Assembly: GCA_902780465.1 (NCBI GenBank)
Contig: CACZFV010000011.1
Location: 1-48,160 of the forward strand
Reading direction: 5' to 3'
DNA: 48,160 nt
Source: an uncultured Lachnospiraceae bacterium
GTDB taxonomy: Bacteria > Bacillota > Clostridia > Lachnospirales > Lachnospiraceae
Part shown: piece after piece, positions 36,823-45,922 of the stretch
Position numbering within the stretch: position 1 is the stretch's first letter
Layout: the number at the start of each line of letters is the position of its first letter
Notes under the pieces: model-generated
Seen by the model: only the letters and a program-made list of their open reading frames with translations
Told to the model about the DNA's origin: nothing
Database searches by the model: none
Program-made: the position numbers and the translations under genes

Positions 36823-38514
36823 TCACCAGACGTTCGTGTACTTGTCGCTCAGGATCTCCTGGATCTCATCGTAATACAGGAGCTCCCGCAGCGAGGTATC
36901 GTCTCCCTTGTTCATTCTGAGCGGCACCCAGAGCTCCAGGTAATCATATGCCGCGTTCCAGCCGATCCCCTCCGGCTCCGGCTTCTCCAGCGCCTCCCTG
37001 AGATACGCGGGGAATTCGGCGGAATGGACGAATTTTCCGGAATCGTTGTGCGTCCCGTAATGACTGAAGATCTCCATCAGGGCTTCATGTACCGCGTCCG
37101 TGCTCGTGAACAGGTCGCTGACCGTCAGGATCTCTCCGGTATCCATATCGATGTTGAACCGTGCGTACCCGTACTGTCCGTACCCGAAATCTCCGGCGCC
37201 GAGGGAGTTCGCCTCTCCTTCCGAGACCAGGAAGCTGAAGATATTCCCGCTGATCTGCCAGTTATCGACAGCGTAGAGAGAGTAGCAGTATTTCCGGTCC
37301 GCCTTCTTCCAGACAGAGGCGGGCACCTTCTCCATTGTTTTGTAGTGCTTCTGCAGCGTCTCCTCCGCTTTCTTCCGGTACTGCTCACTCAGGCTGTCCA
37401 AGGTCTTCATCAGAACCGGATACTTGTTCTCCGGATCGGAAAACACGAAATATTTCGTGTCCAGGGAGTAGTCATAGGCCTTTTTCCAGTCCGGCACGAT
37501 GAGCTTGTCCTCCTCCTTGAGCCCCGTTTCCTCCCGGCGCTTCGTCTCCGCGCCCTGGACGCGCTTCATCGGCTTCGTGGAGTGAAACTCCCCGGAGGAA
37601 TACTTGTACCCTGCGTCCACAAAGGCAAAGAACAGGAGATGATGCATCGGTTCCTGGAAGTTTTTCCAGTTCTCCGGCACATTGTCGCCGTTCGCCGAGG
37701 AGCGGATGATGTCGCCGGAAGCGAGTTCGATCTCCGCCTCATATTCCGGCGAACCGTAGGGCAGACCCTCCGTATGGATGTCGATCCCGTTGATCTGCCC
37801 GAGATCCGCATCCTTCACCAGTTTCTGCAGCTGGTCCACCTGCTCCTTTGTGAGCTCGATCTCCTGGCAGAAGGAAGAGGAGACACGGCCGGTGCCATCC
37901 TCCAGCACTGTCAGATCGTAGGAGTAGTCGTCCTCAAAGGGCGGCTCCGGCGCCATGCTGGTATTGATATCGTAGGGGATCCCTGCGTCGTGGAAAGAGA
38001 CCTTCATCTTACGCACGGTGAGGTCCGCAAACTCTTTTTTCGCCCCAGGGTCGGAGTTGTCCTTCGGCGGATCATAAGTGGGAGGCGGCGGCGCCACATA
38101 CTCGCTCCTTGCGTACTCGATCCGGTGATGTCCTCCGTCCCCGTCAGTGTGCGACCAGGTGTAGGCGATGATCCTGTCCTCCGCCTTGTTGTAGTACATG
38201 TCCTCGTAGACAAAGGTATCCTCGAGCTTCAGCTCCGGCTCATCTCCGAACATGCTGCACTTGTATTTCTCTTCTGTGGTATAGCTTCCGTCGTGATTCG
38301 TGTATTTAACGGTATCTTTCGTGATCTCCAGCACACATGCATTTTCGTCCTGCTCGTACCAGGTTCCCTCCGGGCTGCTGCCCTTCGGTACAGCCGATGT
38401 CTGCGGTACTCCCGGGCCCCCTTCCGGCCCGTTCATCGCGATGCCCTTTCTGCAGGCAGTAAACAGCAGCGCGCCGGCGATCAGGGCGGCTGCCGCAATG
38501 AATCCTCTGTTCAT
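36823..38514 (-). CDS. Lipoprotein with a C-terminal DUF3298/RsiV-like region
   Basis: FTAC lipobox; FNIDMDTGEILTVSDLF motif. Confidence 0.65.
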   Translation of the reverse strand: MNRGFIAAAALIAGALLFTACRKGIAMNGPEGGPGVPQTSAVPKGSSPEGTWYEQDENACVLEITKDTVKYTNHDGSYTTEEKYKCSMFGDEPELKLEDTFVYEDMYYNKAEDRIIAYTWSHTDGDGGHHRIEYARSEYVAPPPPTYDPPKDNSDPGAKKEFADLTVRKMKVSFHDAGIPYDINTSMAPEPPFEDDYSYDLTVLEDGTGRVSSSFCQEIELTKEQVDQLQKLVKDADLGQINGIDIHTEGLPYGSPEYEAEIELASGDIIRSSANGDNVPENWKNFQEPMHHLLFFAFVDAGYKYSSGEFHSTKPMKRVQGAETKRREETGLKEEDKLIVPDWKKAYDYSLDTKYFVFSDPENKYPVLMKTLDSLSEQYRKKAEETLQKHYKTMEKVPASVWKKADRKYCYSLYAVDNWQISGNIFSFLVSEGEANSLGAGDFGYGQYGYARFNIDMDTGEILTVSDLFTSTDAVHEALMEIFSHYGTHNDSGKFVHSAEFPAYLREALEKPEPEGIGWNAAYDYLELWVPLRMNKGDDTSLRELLYYDEIQEILSDKYTNVW

Positions 38515-38739
38515 CCTCTTCTCCTCCGTCTGCTTTCTGTATTGCCATATTTCTGTTTTCTATGCTGCCGCATTCTTCTTTTATTATAAACGACCCGCTT
38601 CGGTTTGTAACTACCTCCGGGCCGGCTGAACACCTTCCGCAGCTTCTTTTCTGAACACTGTCTTCGCGTTATTTACGCATTTTTTGTGATACAATACTTC
38701 TTGTTTTCAAAACGAACCTGAAAGGACAATATCGATATC

Positions 38740-39663
38740 ATGAATCCGAAACTGCCTGACAAGCTCCCCGTTCCCCTGCCGAACTTCCGCCGCGTACGCC
38801 CCTTGAATCTGTTCCTTCTGTTCATCGCAGGAATCATCAACGCCATCGGCGTCACCATGTTCCTGGCGCCGGTGAATCTCTACGACAGCGGCATCTCCGG
38901 GACCGCCATGCTCCTCTGGCAGATCACGCCGGATGAGTTCACCTTCCCGCTCTTCCTGCTGGTGCTGAACATCCCCCTCTTCCTGTTCGGCCTGAAGAAA
39001 CAGGGAAAGCTGTTCACCTTCTATTCCATCTGGGCGGTCACGGTCTACTCCCTCGCCTCATGGTTCATCAACTACGTGCTCCCGGTCAACGTAGACGGCA
39101 GTTCTCCCTTTGCGGGAACGGACCTGCTGCTCTGCGCGATCTTCGGCGGTCTGATCTCCGGCGTTGGAAGCGGGCTTACGCTCCGGCTGGGCGGCGCCAT
39201 CGACGGCATGGAAGTCCTGGCTTCCATCTTTGCGAAGAAAGTCGGACTGTCCGTCGGCAACTTTGTCATGATCTACAACGTGATCCTCTACGTCACCATC
39301 GGAGCCTCCTTCCGCAGCTGGATCCTTCCGCTGTATTCCATCATCACCTACTTTGTGGCGGTCCGGGCTGTGGACTTCATCGTGGAAGGTCTTGACAAGG
39401 CAAAATCCGTGATGATCGTCACCACGAAGACCGAGGAGATCTGCAAGGTCCTCTCGGCAGACTTCGGTCACGGCATCACCCTCCTGAAAGTCCAGGGGTA
39501 CTACTCCGGAGAGGACCGCTACGCCATCTATTTCGTCGTGAACCGCTTCCAGATCACCCGGGTCAAGAACGAAGTGCGGCACATCGATCCCAGAGCCTTC
39601 TTCGTCGTCACCGAAGTGTCCGACATGCTCGGCACCAGCCTGCGGTTCAAGATGCTGAAATGA
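38740..39663 (+). CDS. YitT-family membrane protein
   Basis: DSGISG, LNIPLF, GGAIDG and IDPRAF motifs. Confidence 0.9.
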   Translation: MNPKLPDKLPVPLPNFRRVRPLNLFLLFIAGIINAIGVTMFLAPVNLYDSGISGTAMLLWQITPDEFTFPLFLLVLNIPLFLFGLKKQGKLFTFYSIWAVTVYSLASWFINYVLPVNVDGSSPFAGTDLLLCAIFGGLISGVGSGLTLRLGGAIDGMEVLASIFAKKVGLSVGNFVMIYNVILYVTIGASFRSWILPLYSIITYFVAVRAVDFIVEGLDKAKSVMIVTTKTEEICKVLSADFGHGITLLKVQGYYSGEDRYAIYFVVNRFQITRVKNEVRHIDPRAFFVVTEVSDMLGTSLRFKMLK

Positions 39664-39794
39664 CCCTGCCCTGTACACCGGAACACTTTCTGCTATACTT
39701 ATACTGTAAATGAGCCGCAGCGGTCAGTCCCCCGCGTCCAGGCTGCAGAAGCGCAGGATGGATGAGGGTTTTTGCCAGAAAGGAGCTAAGGAGC

Positions 39795-40043
39795 ATGGAT
39801 ATTGAGATCAGATTTGAAAAAGAATTGAACCGGTCGGCAGCTTACGACGGAGATAAAGTGATAGGGCTCTGCGAATACGAGATCGCGGACGGCAAGTGGG
39901 TCATCACCCACACGGAAACGGATCCCGCCTACGGCGGGCGCGGCATCGCAAAAAAGCTGGTGCTGTGCGTGAAAGAAGCTGCGGATGCGGCAGATGTAAT
40001 CGTCATTCCCATCTGCTCCTACGCCGTGAAGATACTCGGATAA
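39795..40043 (+). CDS. Small GNAT acetyltransferase (YjdJ-like)
   Basis: ITHTE...GRGIAKKLV...PICSY; AAGGAG RBS. Confidence 0.88.
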   Translation: MDIEIRFEKELNRSAAYDGDKVIGLCEYEIADGKWVITHTETDPAYGGRGIAKKLVLCVKEAADAADVIVIPICSYAVKILG

Positions 40044-40073
40044 AACAGCAGGCCCGCCGGGCCTGCTGTTTTT
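40042..40073 (+). terminator. Rho-independent terminator
   Basis: AAAACAGCAGGCCC-GCC-GGGCCTGCTGTTTTT. Confidence 0.8.
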
Positions 40074-40160
40074 CATATGCGAATGCGCTCCGTGAGAGGG
40101 AACTCCGGCAGCTTGCGCCTGCTCTGTCGTCACCGGACTTCTCTCATGAGCGTGTGCTTT

Positions 40161-40436
40161 GGGCGTAATTTGGCCTTTTAAGGATTTTTGTACCCCTAAG
40201 GATCTTTCAATTCCTGCTTTTCTGCCCATCTAAATGATCACATTGGGCGTTTCAGGAGCATTTTTCGTTTTTTGTTCCCTTTTTTCATTAAAATCAGGAG
40301 TGTAAAATTGTGAAAAAGGGAACAGATTTTTTAAAATGCTTCAGAAACGCCCATTTTTCCTCTCCGAACCCCCGGAATCTCTCTGAAATCCGTTTTTAAA
40401 AGGGAACAAATTTTATAAAAATGCCTGGAAACGCCC
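40161..40436. repeat. Four-unit palindromic element, copy 2
   Basis: 35-bp units at 40161 and 40245 (direct) and 40318 and 40402 (inverted); same 84-bp spacing as 4558-4832. Confidence 0.85.
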
Positions 40437-40476
40437 AATCACAATGAGCAGGCCTCTGGATTTATTTCCGGGCCGC

Positions 40477-40551
40477 TTCCGCCGCGTCATTCCGGGAAAC
40501 AAAGGAGGGCTGTCGCATCACCAAAATTGTTTTGATGTGCGGCAGCCCTTT
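40477..40551. repeat. Dispersed hairpin repeat/terminator, copy 1
   Basis: TTCCGCC..GTCA.TCCGGGAAACAAAG followed by GGGCTGYCGCA...TGCGGCAGCCC; matches 45806-45883. Confidence 0.75.
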
Positions 40552-40562
40552 CAGACTGTCTG

Positions 40563-42026
40563 TTATACAACAAAGGTGTCCTCCACAGACGGATTCATCT
40601 TCCGGATCCGGATCTCCGCCCCCGGCGTGGCCGTGTAGTGGAACTCCTCTTCCGTCGGATAACTGTGGGACGTGAACGAAGCTTCGCCCTCGTTGAAGAA
40701 GTACTCGACACTGCTGCGGTCGATGAAGATACGGATCGAGAAAAGTCCTTCCGCCAGGGGCATGGTCAGCACCTCTCCGACCTGGGGGTTGAAACGCTTC
40801 GTCATCCCGCTCTTGTCAAAGGTGCAGAGCTTTTTCTCCGCGTCGTAGTGCATCCGGAGACCGCCGCTGCCGTCCGCCTTCGTGAAAAGTGCAAGGTCGA
40901 AGTCCTGTCCTGCATCTGCCGGCTTCACCCGGATCTCGCAGGCTGCGGGAAGGTTCCCGTCGGCGGGAACTTCTTCGCCCAGCAGGCTGTCGATCTCCGC
41001 CACCGGCGTCTGGATCAGCTTCCCGTTCCTGATCCTGAGCTCCCTGGGCAGGCTCATGCTGCCTTCCCAGTCCTCCTCCTCGGTGGGATAATGGTTGTCC
41101 GGCAGGCCGATCCAGCCGATCAGCACAGCCTTGTCCGGATCGCCCACATTGGCCGCGCCCTGGGCTGCATAGAAATCGAAGCCGAAATCCAGATACTGGT
41201 AGTCCGTTTCCGGCGTAAAGGTCAGGGTGTCGTAATCCATATGGCCCAGAAGGTACACGTTGTGGTTCGTGCTCTCCGCTCTGCCGGGAAGCTTCGTGTA
41301 CTGCGGGGAGAAGATCAGGAGATCTGTCCCGCTCAGGTTCACGATATAGGGGCACTCCCACATGCCGCCGAACTTTTCGTAGCCGGGGACCTTCAGTTCT
41401 CCTGCGAACTTCCATCCCTTCAGGAGCTCCGAGGATTCATAGATCAGCACCGTGCCGCGGAGGTCCTGGGTCTGGGCGCCGATAAAAATGAAATACTTCT
41501 TTTTCTCTTCATTCCAGATCACCTTGGGATCGCGCTGATGCTCGGAGTAGTCCGGCCGCAGGCCGAACAGCGGCTCCGGAAGCTTCTCCGGCATTCCGTC
41601 CTTCCCCAGCACAGCTCCGCAGGTGTAGGGCGTCCTCACCCAGTTCTCGTCCCTGTGGTTCCCCGTGTAGAAGATGTAAAGATCTTCTCCGTTGGAGATG
41701 GCGGAACCGGAGTGATTGCCTTTGTTGTCATAATCCCGGTCCGGCTTCAGTCCGACACCGGCGTTTGTCCAGTGGATCAGGTCTTCGCTGGTCACGTGAT
41801 ACCAGTACTTCAGTCCGTGTACGGCGCCCCAGGGACACCACTGGTAAAAGAGGTGCCAGATCCCCTTGTGAAGGGCGAACCCGTTGGGATCGCTGGAAAG
41901 CCCCGTCACCGGCTGAATGTGATACGTCTGACGGTATACGGACTTCGAGATCCTTTCATGAAGCTCCCTGATCTCCTCGGGGCTCTGAAGCACTTTGTAC
42001 CGTTCTTCTCTGGTCCATTCCTTCAT
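40563..42026 (-). CDS. scrB: GH32 sucrose-6-phosphate hydrolase/beta-fructofuranosidase
   Basis: SDPNG (variant of NDPNG), RDP and WECP catalytic motifs; GAVHGLKYWYH. Confidence 0.88.
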   Translation of the reverse strand: MKEWTREERYKVLQSPEEIRELHERISKSVYRQTYHIQPVTGLSSDPNGFALHKGIWHLFYQWCPWGAVHGLKYWYHVTSEDLIHWTNAGVGLKPDRDYDNKGNHSGSAISNGEDLYIFYTGNHRDENWVRTPYTCGAVLGKDGMPEKLPEPLFGLRPDYSEHQRDPKVIWNEEKKKYFIFIGAQTQDLRGTVLIYESSELLKGWKFAGELKVPGYEKFGGMWECPYIVNLSGTDLLIFSPQYTKLPGRAESTNHNVYLLGHMDYDTLTFTPETDYQYLDFGFDFYAAQGAANVGDPDKAVLIGWIGLPDNHYPTEEEDWEGSMSLPRELRIRNGKLIQTPVAEIDSLLGEEVPADGNLPAACEIRVKPADAGQDFDLALFTKADGSGGLRMHYDAEKKLCTFDKSGMTKRFNPQVGEVLTMPLAEGLFSIRIFIDRSSVEYFFNEGEASFTSHSYPTEEEFHYTATPGAEIRIRKMNPSVEDTFVV

Positions 42027-42051
42027 TGCTTCTCTGCTCCTTCTTCCGGGT

Positions 42052-42840
42052 TTACTGCACCGGATCTCTCTTCAGGGCCACTTCGACGCCTTCCACTGTC
42101 AGGAGGATCCTGTCACCGGAAAGAGTTCCCTCCAGGCGCTCCTCTACGCCGTTCTCCACCGAGATCAGAGTGATCTTTTCCCCTTCACGGACCCATTTGC
42201 AGGTCGCGATCTGTCCGTCCACTGCCATGTAAGCGTTGCCGTCCGGCTTCATGTCCATTACCCAGGTGTTCGCCGCGTTTTCCAGTGTGGTTCCCATAAG
42301 GGTCGCGTAAGTCTGCATGTCCATTCCCATCAGACTGTTCAGACGGTAGACGCCGGAAATGTCTTCCGGAACGGCTTCTCCCGATCCCTGCGTGGTTGTC
42401 GTGGTCTCTGCTGCAGCTGCAGTCCCTTCTTTCCGGAGCTTCAGTTCCGTACCTTCGATATCCATGGCGGCAAGGCCGTCCTGGATGGTCCCTTTGATCA
42501 GAGCTTCTCCCCCGGCTTCTGCAGACAGCGCGAAGTTCGTCCCGTCCGTCGTCCAGTATAAGGTTTCGGGGTCTTTGTCCACTGTGAAAATGCAGACACC
42601 GCCTTCCTTAAGCTCCATCATGATGTAATTCTTCGCTTCCTCCACAGTGATCCCGCTGGCAGTGGCAAAGGTCTCGGCGCTGATTCCCATCATGCTCTCC
42701 ATTTTGTAAAGCCCCTGGACAGCCTTGGCGGGATCAGTGTCTGCCCGTACAGCGGCCACCTGGCCGAACAGCATCGTCATCAGAAGTGACAGGAAAAGGA
42801 CCAGTGCTGCAAATTTTGAATACCTCCTGTTGATACGCAT
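42052..42840 (-). CDS. Secreted protein with two related lipocalin-like repeats
   Basis: Signal peptide; GLYKMESMMG...MELKEGG matches GVYRLNSLMG...MDMKPDG. Confidence 0.7.
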   Translation of the reverse strand: MRINRRYSKFAALVLFLSLLMTMLFGQVAAVRADTDPAKAVQGLYKMESMMGISAETFATASGITVEEAKNYIMMELKEGGVCIFTVDKDPETLYWTTDGTNFALSAEAGGEALIKGTIQDGLAAMDIEGTELKLRKEGTAAAAETTTTTQGSGEAVPEDISGVYRLNSLMGMDMQTYATLMGTTLENAANTWVMDMKPDGNAYMAVDGQIATCKWVREGEKITLISVENGVEERLEGTLSGDRILLTVEGVEVALKRDPVQ

Positions 42841-42951
42841 GTAATTCCTCCTCTCCGCCGGCCCCGCCGGCATGACGTTCACCTGTTGCTTTTATTGTAT
42901 CACAGTTTTCTGATATCTTGCCGTGCTGCAGGGAAATTGTGCTCCTTTTTA

Positions 42952-43938
42952 TCAGCGGATCCCGTCCGCGAGTTTCGCCGCAGCTTCTTCGTCCAGTTCC
43001 GCTTCGTCCGTCATGACCGCGTAGCTGAAGCCGTCCTCCGTCCAGCAGATCGTCCGGACCAGTCCCTCTTTCAGCCTGAGCTGCAGCGTCCGGTCTCCGG
43101 ACTCCAGAGTCTTCTCCTCATAGGTGCCGTAGACGCCGCTGATATCTTCCTCTCCCGCGGCTTTCCGCATCCGGAAACCCTCGTTTCCGGATGCGTCATA
43201 GCAGATCACCTGGATCATGGTGTCCTTGATCGCGGTGATGTCCCTGACAGGATACTGTTCCGTGAGGGCAGTCTCCGCCGGCACTTCCATCGCGAACCCC
43301 GCAAGTCCGGCGGCCTCTTCCATGGACGCGCAGGGGATGAACGGGTTCCCCCATCCGGCGGCCATGCCGCCCTGATCCTGTGCTGCGGCCATTCCTTCCT
43401 GCGCCATATCCGTCCCCAGTGCCTTCCTCTCGGATCCGGCTGTCTTTTCTTCGGACGCAGCTGCTTCCAGATTGTTGATGATCTGGGCTGCCGCAGTTGT
43501 CAGCGCTTCCGGTGCCGGCATCGCAGGCGACGGAGCGTACGCTTCAGCCTCCGGAGCTGCTGTCGCGGCATACATTTCCGCTGCAGCATCCGCGGCTGCA
43601 TATGTCTCCGCAGGCGCCTCGGCCGCTTTCATCTCCTGTACCGTCTCGTCCATAAAGACTTCCGCCGCTTCCTCATCTGCCGCGGCCGCTGCCGGCGCCG
43701 CACTGTTCTCTGTCATCACGGCCCTGTTGTCCGCGGTGAGCATGGTCCTCTGCATCTTCGGGAAAATGCCGATCAGGAACACTGCGGCCGCTGCCGCGGC
43801 GGCAGCGCTGAACAAATGCCGTCTCCTTCGCCGTTTTCCGCCGGTATCAATGGCCTTCACCGCAGACGGCGGCGCGGCCTCCTCAATATACTTTTCGTCG
43901 ATCTCTCCGATGGCTCTCAGGAGCTCTCTCTCTGTCAT
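42952..43938 (-). CDS. Putative anti-sigma factor
   Basis: LLRAIGEIDEKYIEEA N-terminus, one TM segment, Ala-rich linker, GNPF...EEAA and DISGVY; ATG overlaps the sigma-factor stop. Confidence 0.78.
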   Translation of the reverse strand: MTERELLRAIGEIDEKYIEEAAPPSAVKAIDTGGKRRRRRHLFSAAAAAAAAVFLIGIFPKMQRTMLTADNRAVMTENSAAPAAAAADEEAAEVFMDETVQEMKAAEAPAETYAAADAAAEMYAATAAPEAEAYAPSPAMPAPEALTTAAAQIINNLEAAASEEKTAGSERKALGTDMAQEGMAAAQDQGGMAAGWGNPFIPCASMEEAAGLAGFAMEVPAETALTEQYPVRDITAIKDTMIQVICYDASGNEGFRMRKAAGEEDISGVYGTYEEKTLESGDRTLQLRLKEGLVRTICWTEDGFSYAVMTDEAELDEEAAAKLADGIR

Positions 43939-44537
43939 ACCGGAATACCCTCCTCTTCCAGCACCTTTTTCAGCTTTTCCCTTTGCCGGAGCAGCGTCAT
44001 CTTCACCTTGCTCTCCCCAAGGCCCAGATTGCCGGCGATCTCCTTCACGGAATACATGTACCAGTACCGCTGGACGAAGATCTTCCGGTCCTCCGCCTTC
44101 ATCGACTGCAGGAAGCGGTTCAGGCACGCTGTAAGCACCATGCCCTCCTCCGGACTGCCCTCGGAATCCCAGACAGAGCCGCTGACGCCTGCCGTACCAT
44201 TGCCGCCCGGCACGCCGCCCACGCATTCCGCCAGTTCATCCAGCGCCAGGGCAGTCTCTCCGCCGCCCCGCTTCTCCGCGTGCTTTTTCTCATACAGATT
44301 CAGTGCCAGGTTCCGGGTGATCTTCCCGAGGAAAGCCTTCAGGAACCCCGGCCGGTGGGGCGGCATCGCGTTCCATGCGTTCATCCAGGTATCGTTCACG
44401 CACTCCTCCGCGTCCTCCGCGCTGTACAGAATGTTCCAGGCAATGGTGCCGCAGTACTTCCCGTACTTTTTATCCGTCTCCCGGATCGCTTCTTCCGAAC
44501 GCTCCCAGTACAGATCGATGATCTGCTCATCCTGCAT
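43935..44537 (-). CDS. ECF RNA polymerase sigma factor
   Basis: DAEECVNDTW...AW (region 2); FVQRYWY...KEIA...VKMTLLR (region 4). Confidence 0.92.
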   Translation of the reverse strand: MQDEQIIDLYWERSEEAIRETDKKYGKYCGTIAWNILYSAEDAEECVNDTWMNAWNAMPPHRPGFLKAFLGKITRNLALNLYEKKHAEKRGGGETALALDELAECVGGVPGGNGTAGVSGSVWDSEGSPEEGMVLTACLNRFLQSMKAEDRKIFVQRYWYMYSVKEIAGNLGLGESKVKMTLLRQREKLKKVLEEEGIPV

Positions 44538-44689
44538 TATCGTGTCTCCTTATTTGTAATGACCTGATTCGGTTCAGGCCCGTCACAGTTTTTTTGCTTA
44601 TGACATCATTTTACCGGCGGCGGTATGGCCGGTCAAGTTTATGCTATACTGTAGAAAGACTGAAGAAAAGATCATCCGGAGGTGTGCCT

Positions 44690-45802
44690 GTGTCAGATTA
44701 TTCTATTTCCGAGATCAGGAAAAACGACCGCTATGCTGTCTCCCAGATGGACTCCCTTCTTAAGGAAGAAGGCATCCGGCGGGATGAAAACCTCGATTAT
44801 TCCTGCGGTCTTTACGACGAAGATTACGAACTTGTGGGCACCGGCAGCTGCTTCGGTAATACGCTGCGCTGTCTTGCAGTGAGCCATGCCCACCAGGGCG
44901 AGGGTCTCATGAACGAGATCGTGACGCATCTCATCAATGTGCAGTTCGCCCGGGGAAACACGCACCTTTTCGTCTACACCAAATGCAGCTCCGCGAAATT
45001 TTTCGCGGACCTCGGTTTCCGGGAGATCGTGCGGATCGAGGACCAGGTGGTCTTCATGGAGAACAGCTGGAGCGGATTTGACAGCTACCTGAAAAAGCTG
45101 AAGGAGGAGACTGCCCGCCAGACCAGCTCCATGCCGGGACCGGACAGCGGTTCCGCTCCGGCAGCCGAAGGCACCGCTGCCGCCGGCACAGAGACCGCCG
45201 CTGTCGTCATGAACGCGAATCCCTTCACTCTGGGGCACCGCTATCTGGTGGAAAAGGCCGCATTGGAGAACCGCCTGCTCCACCTCTTCATCGTCAGTGA
45301 GGACGCGAGCCTGGTCCCCTTCTCCGTGCGGAAGCAGCTGGTCATGGAGGGCACGGCGGACCTGAAAAACATCGTATATCACGACAGCGGCCCCTACATC
45401 ATCAGCAGCGCCACCTTCCCCAGCTATTTCCAGAAGGATTCGGACGCGGTCATTGAAAGCCACGCCCGGCTGGACATCGACATCTTCAGCCGCATCGCCG
45501 CGGCCCTCAGCATCACCCGCCGCTACGTCGGGGATGAGCCCTTCAGTGTGGTGACCTCCGCCTACAACCGCATCATGGGGGAGGTCCTCCCGCAGCATGG
45601 TGTGGAGCTGGTGGTGGTGCCCCGGAAAGAATCAGACGGCGCCGTGATCAGCGCCTCCACTGTCCGTACCGCGATCAAGGAGGAAAACTGGCCTCTGCTG
45701 GAGACTCTGGTGCCGGAGAGCACCCTCCGCTTTTTCCGGAGCGCAGAAGCCGCCGCTCTCAGGGAAAAGATCCGCGCTGCGGAGAATGTCGTGCATTACT
45801 GA
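44690..45802 (+). CDS. citC: [Citrate (pro-3S)-lyase] ligase
   Basis: N-terminal GNAT (LAV...QGEGL); VMNANPFTLGHRYL, ISSATFPSYF, RYVGDEP and ISASTVR; GGAGG RBS and GTG start. Confidence 0.93.
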   Translation: MSDYSISEIRKNDRYAVSQMDSLLKEEGIRRDENLDYSCGLYDEDYELVGTGSCFGNTLRCLAVSHAHQGEGLMNEIVTHLINVQFARGNTHLFVYTKCSSAKFFADLGFREIVRIEDQVVFMENSWSGFDSYLKKLKEETARQTSSMPGPDSGSAPAAEGTAAAGTETAAVVMNANPFTLGHRYLVEKAALENRLLHLFIVSEDASLVPFSVRKQLVMEGTADLKNIVYHDSGPYIISSATFPSYFQKDSDAVIESHARLDIDIFSRIAAALSITRRYVGDEPFSVVTSAYNRIMGEVLPQHGVELVVVPRKESDGAVISASTVRTAIKEENWPLLETLVPESTLRFFRSAEAAALREKIRAAENVVHY

Positions 45803-45805
45803 AGT

Positions 45806-45883
45806 TTCCGCCATGTCACTCCGGGAAACAAAGAGGGCTGCCGCATCACAAAAATTTCTTTTGTGATTGCGGCAGCCCCTTTT
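45806..45883. repeat. Dispersed hairpin repeat/terminator, copy 2
   Basis: Same leader and stem as 40477-40551; lies between convergent genes. Confidence 0.75.
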
Positions 45884-45922
45884 GGGGTCTGGATCCGACA
45901 TCCGGTCCCTGTCCCGGGGTCC

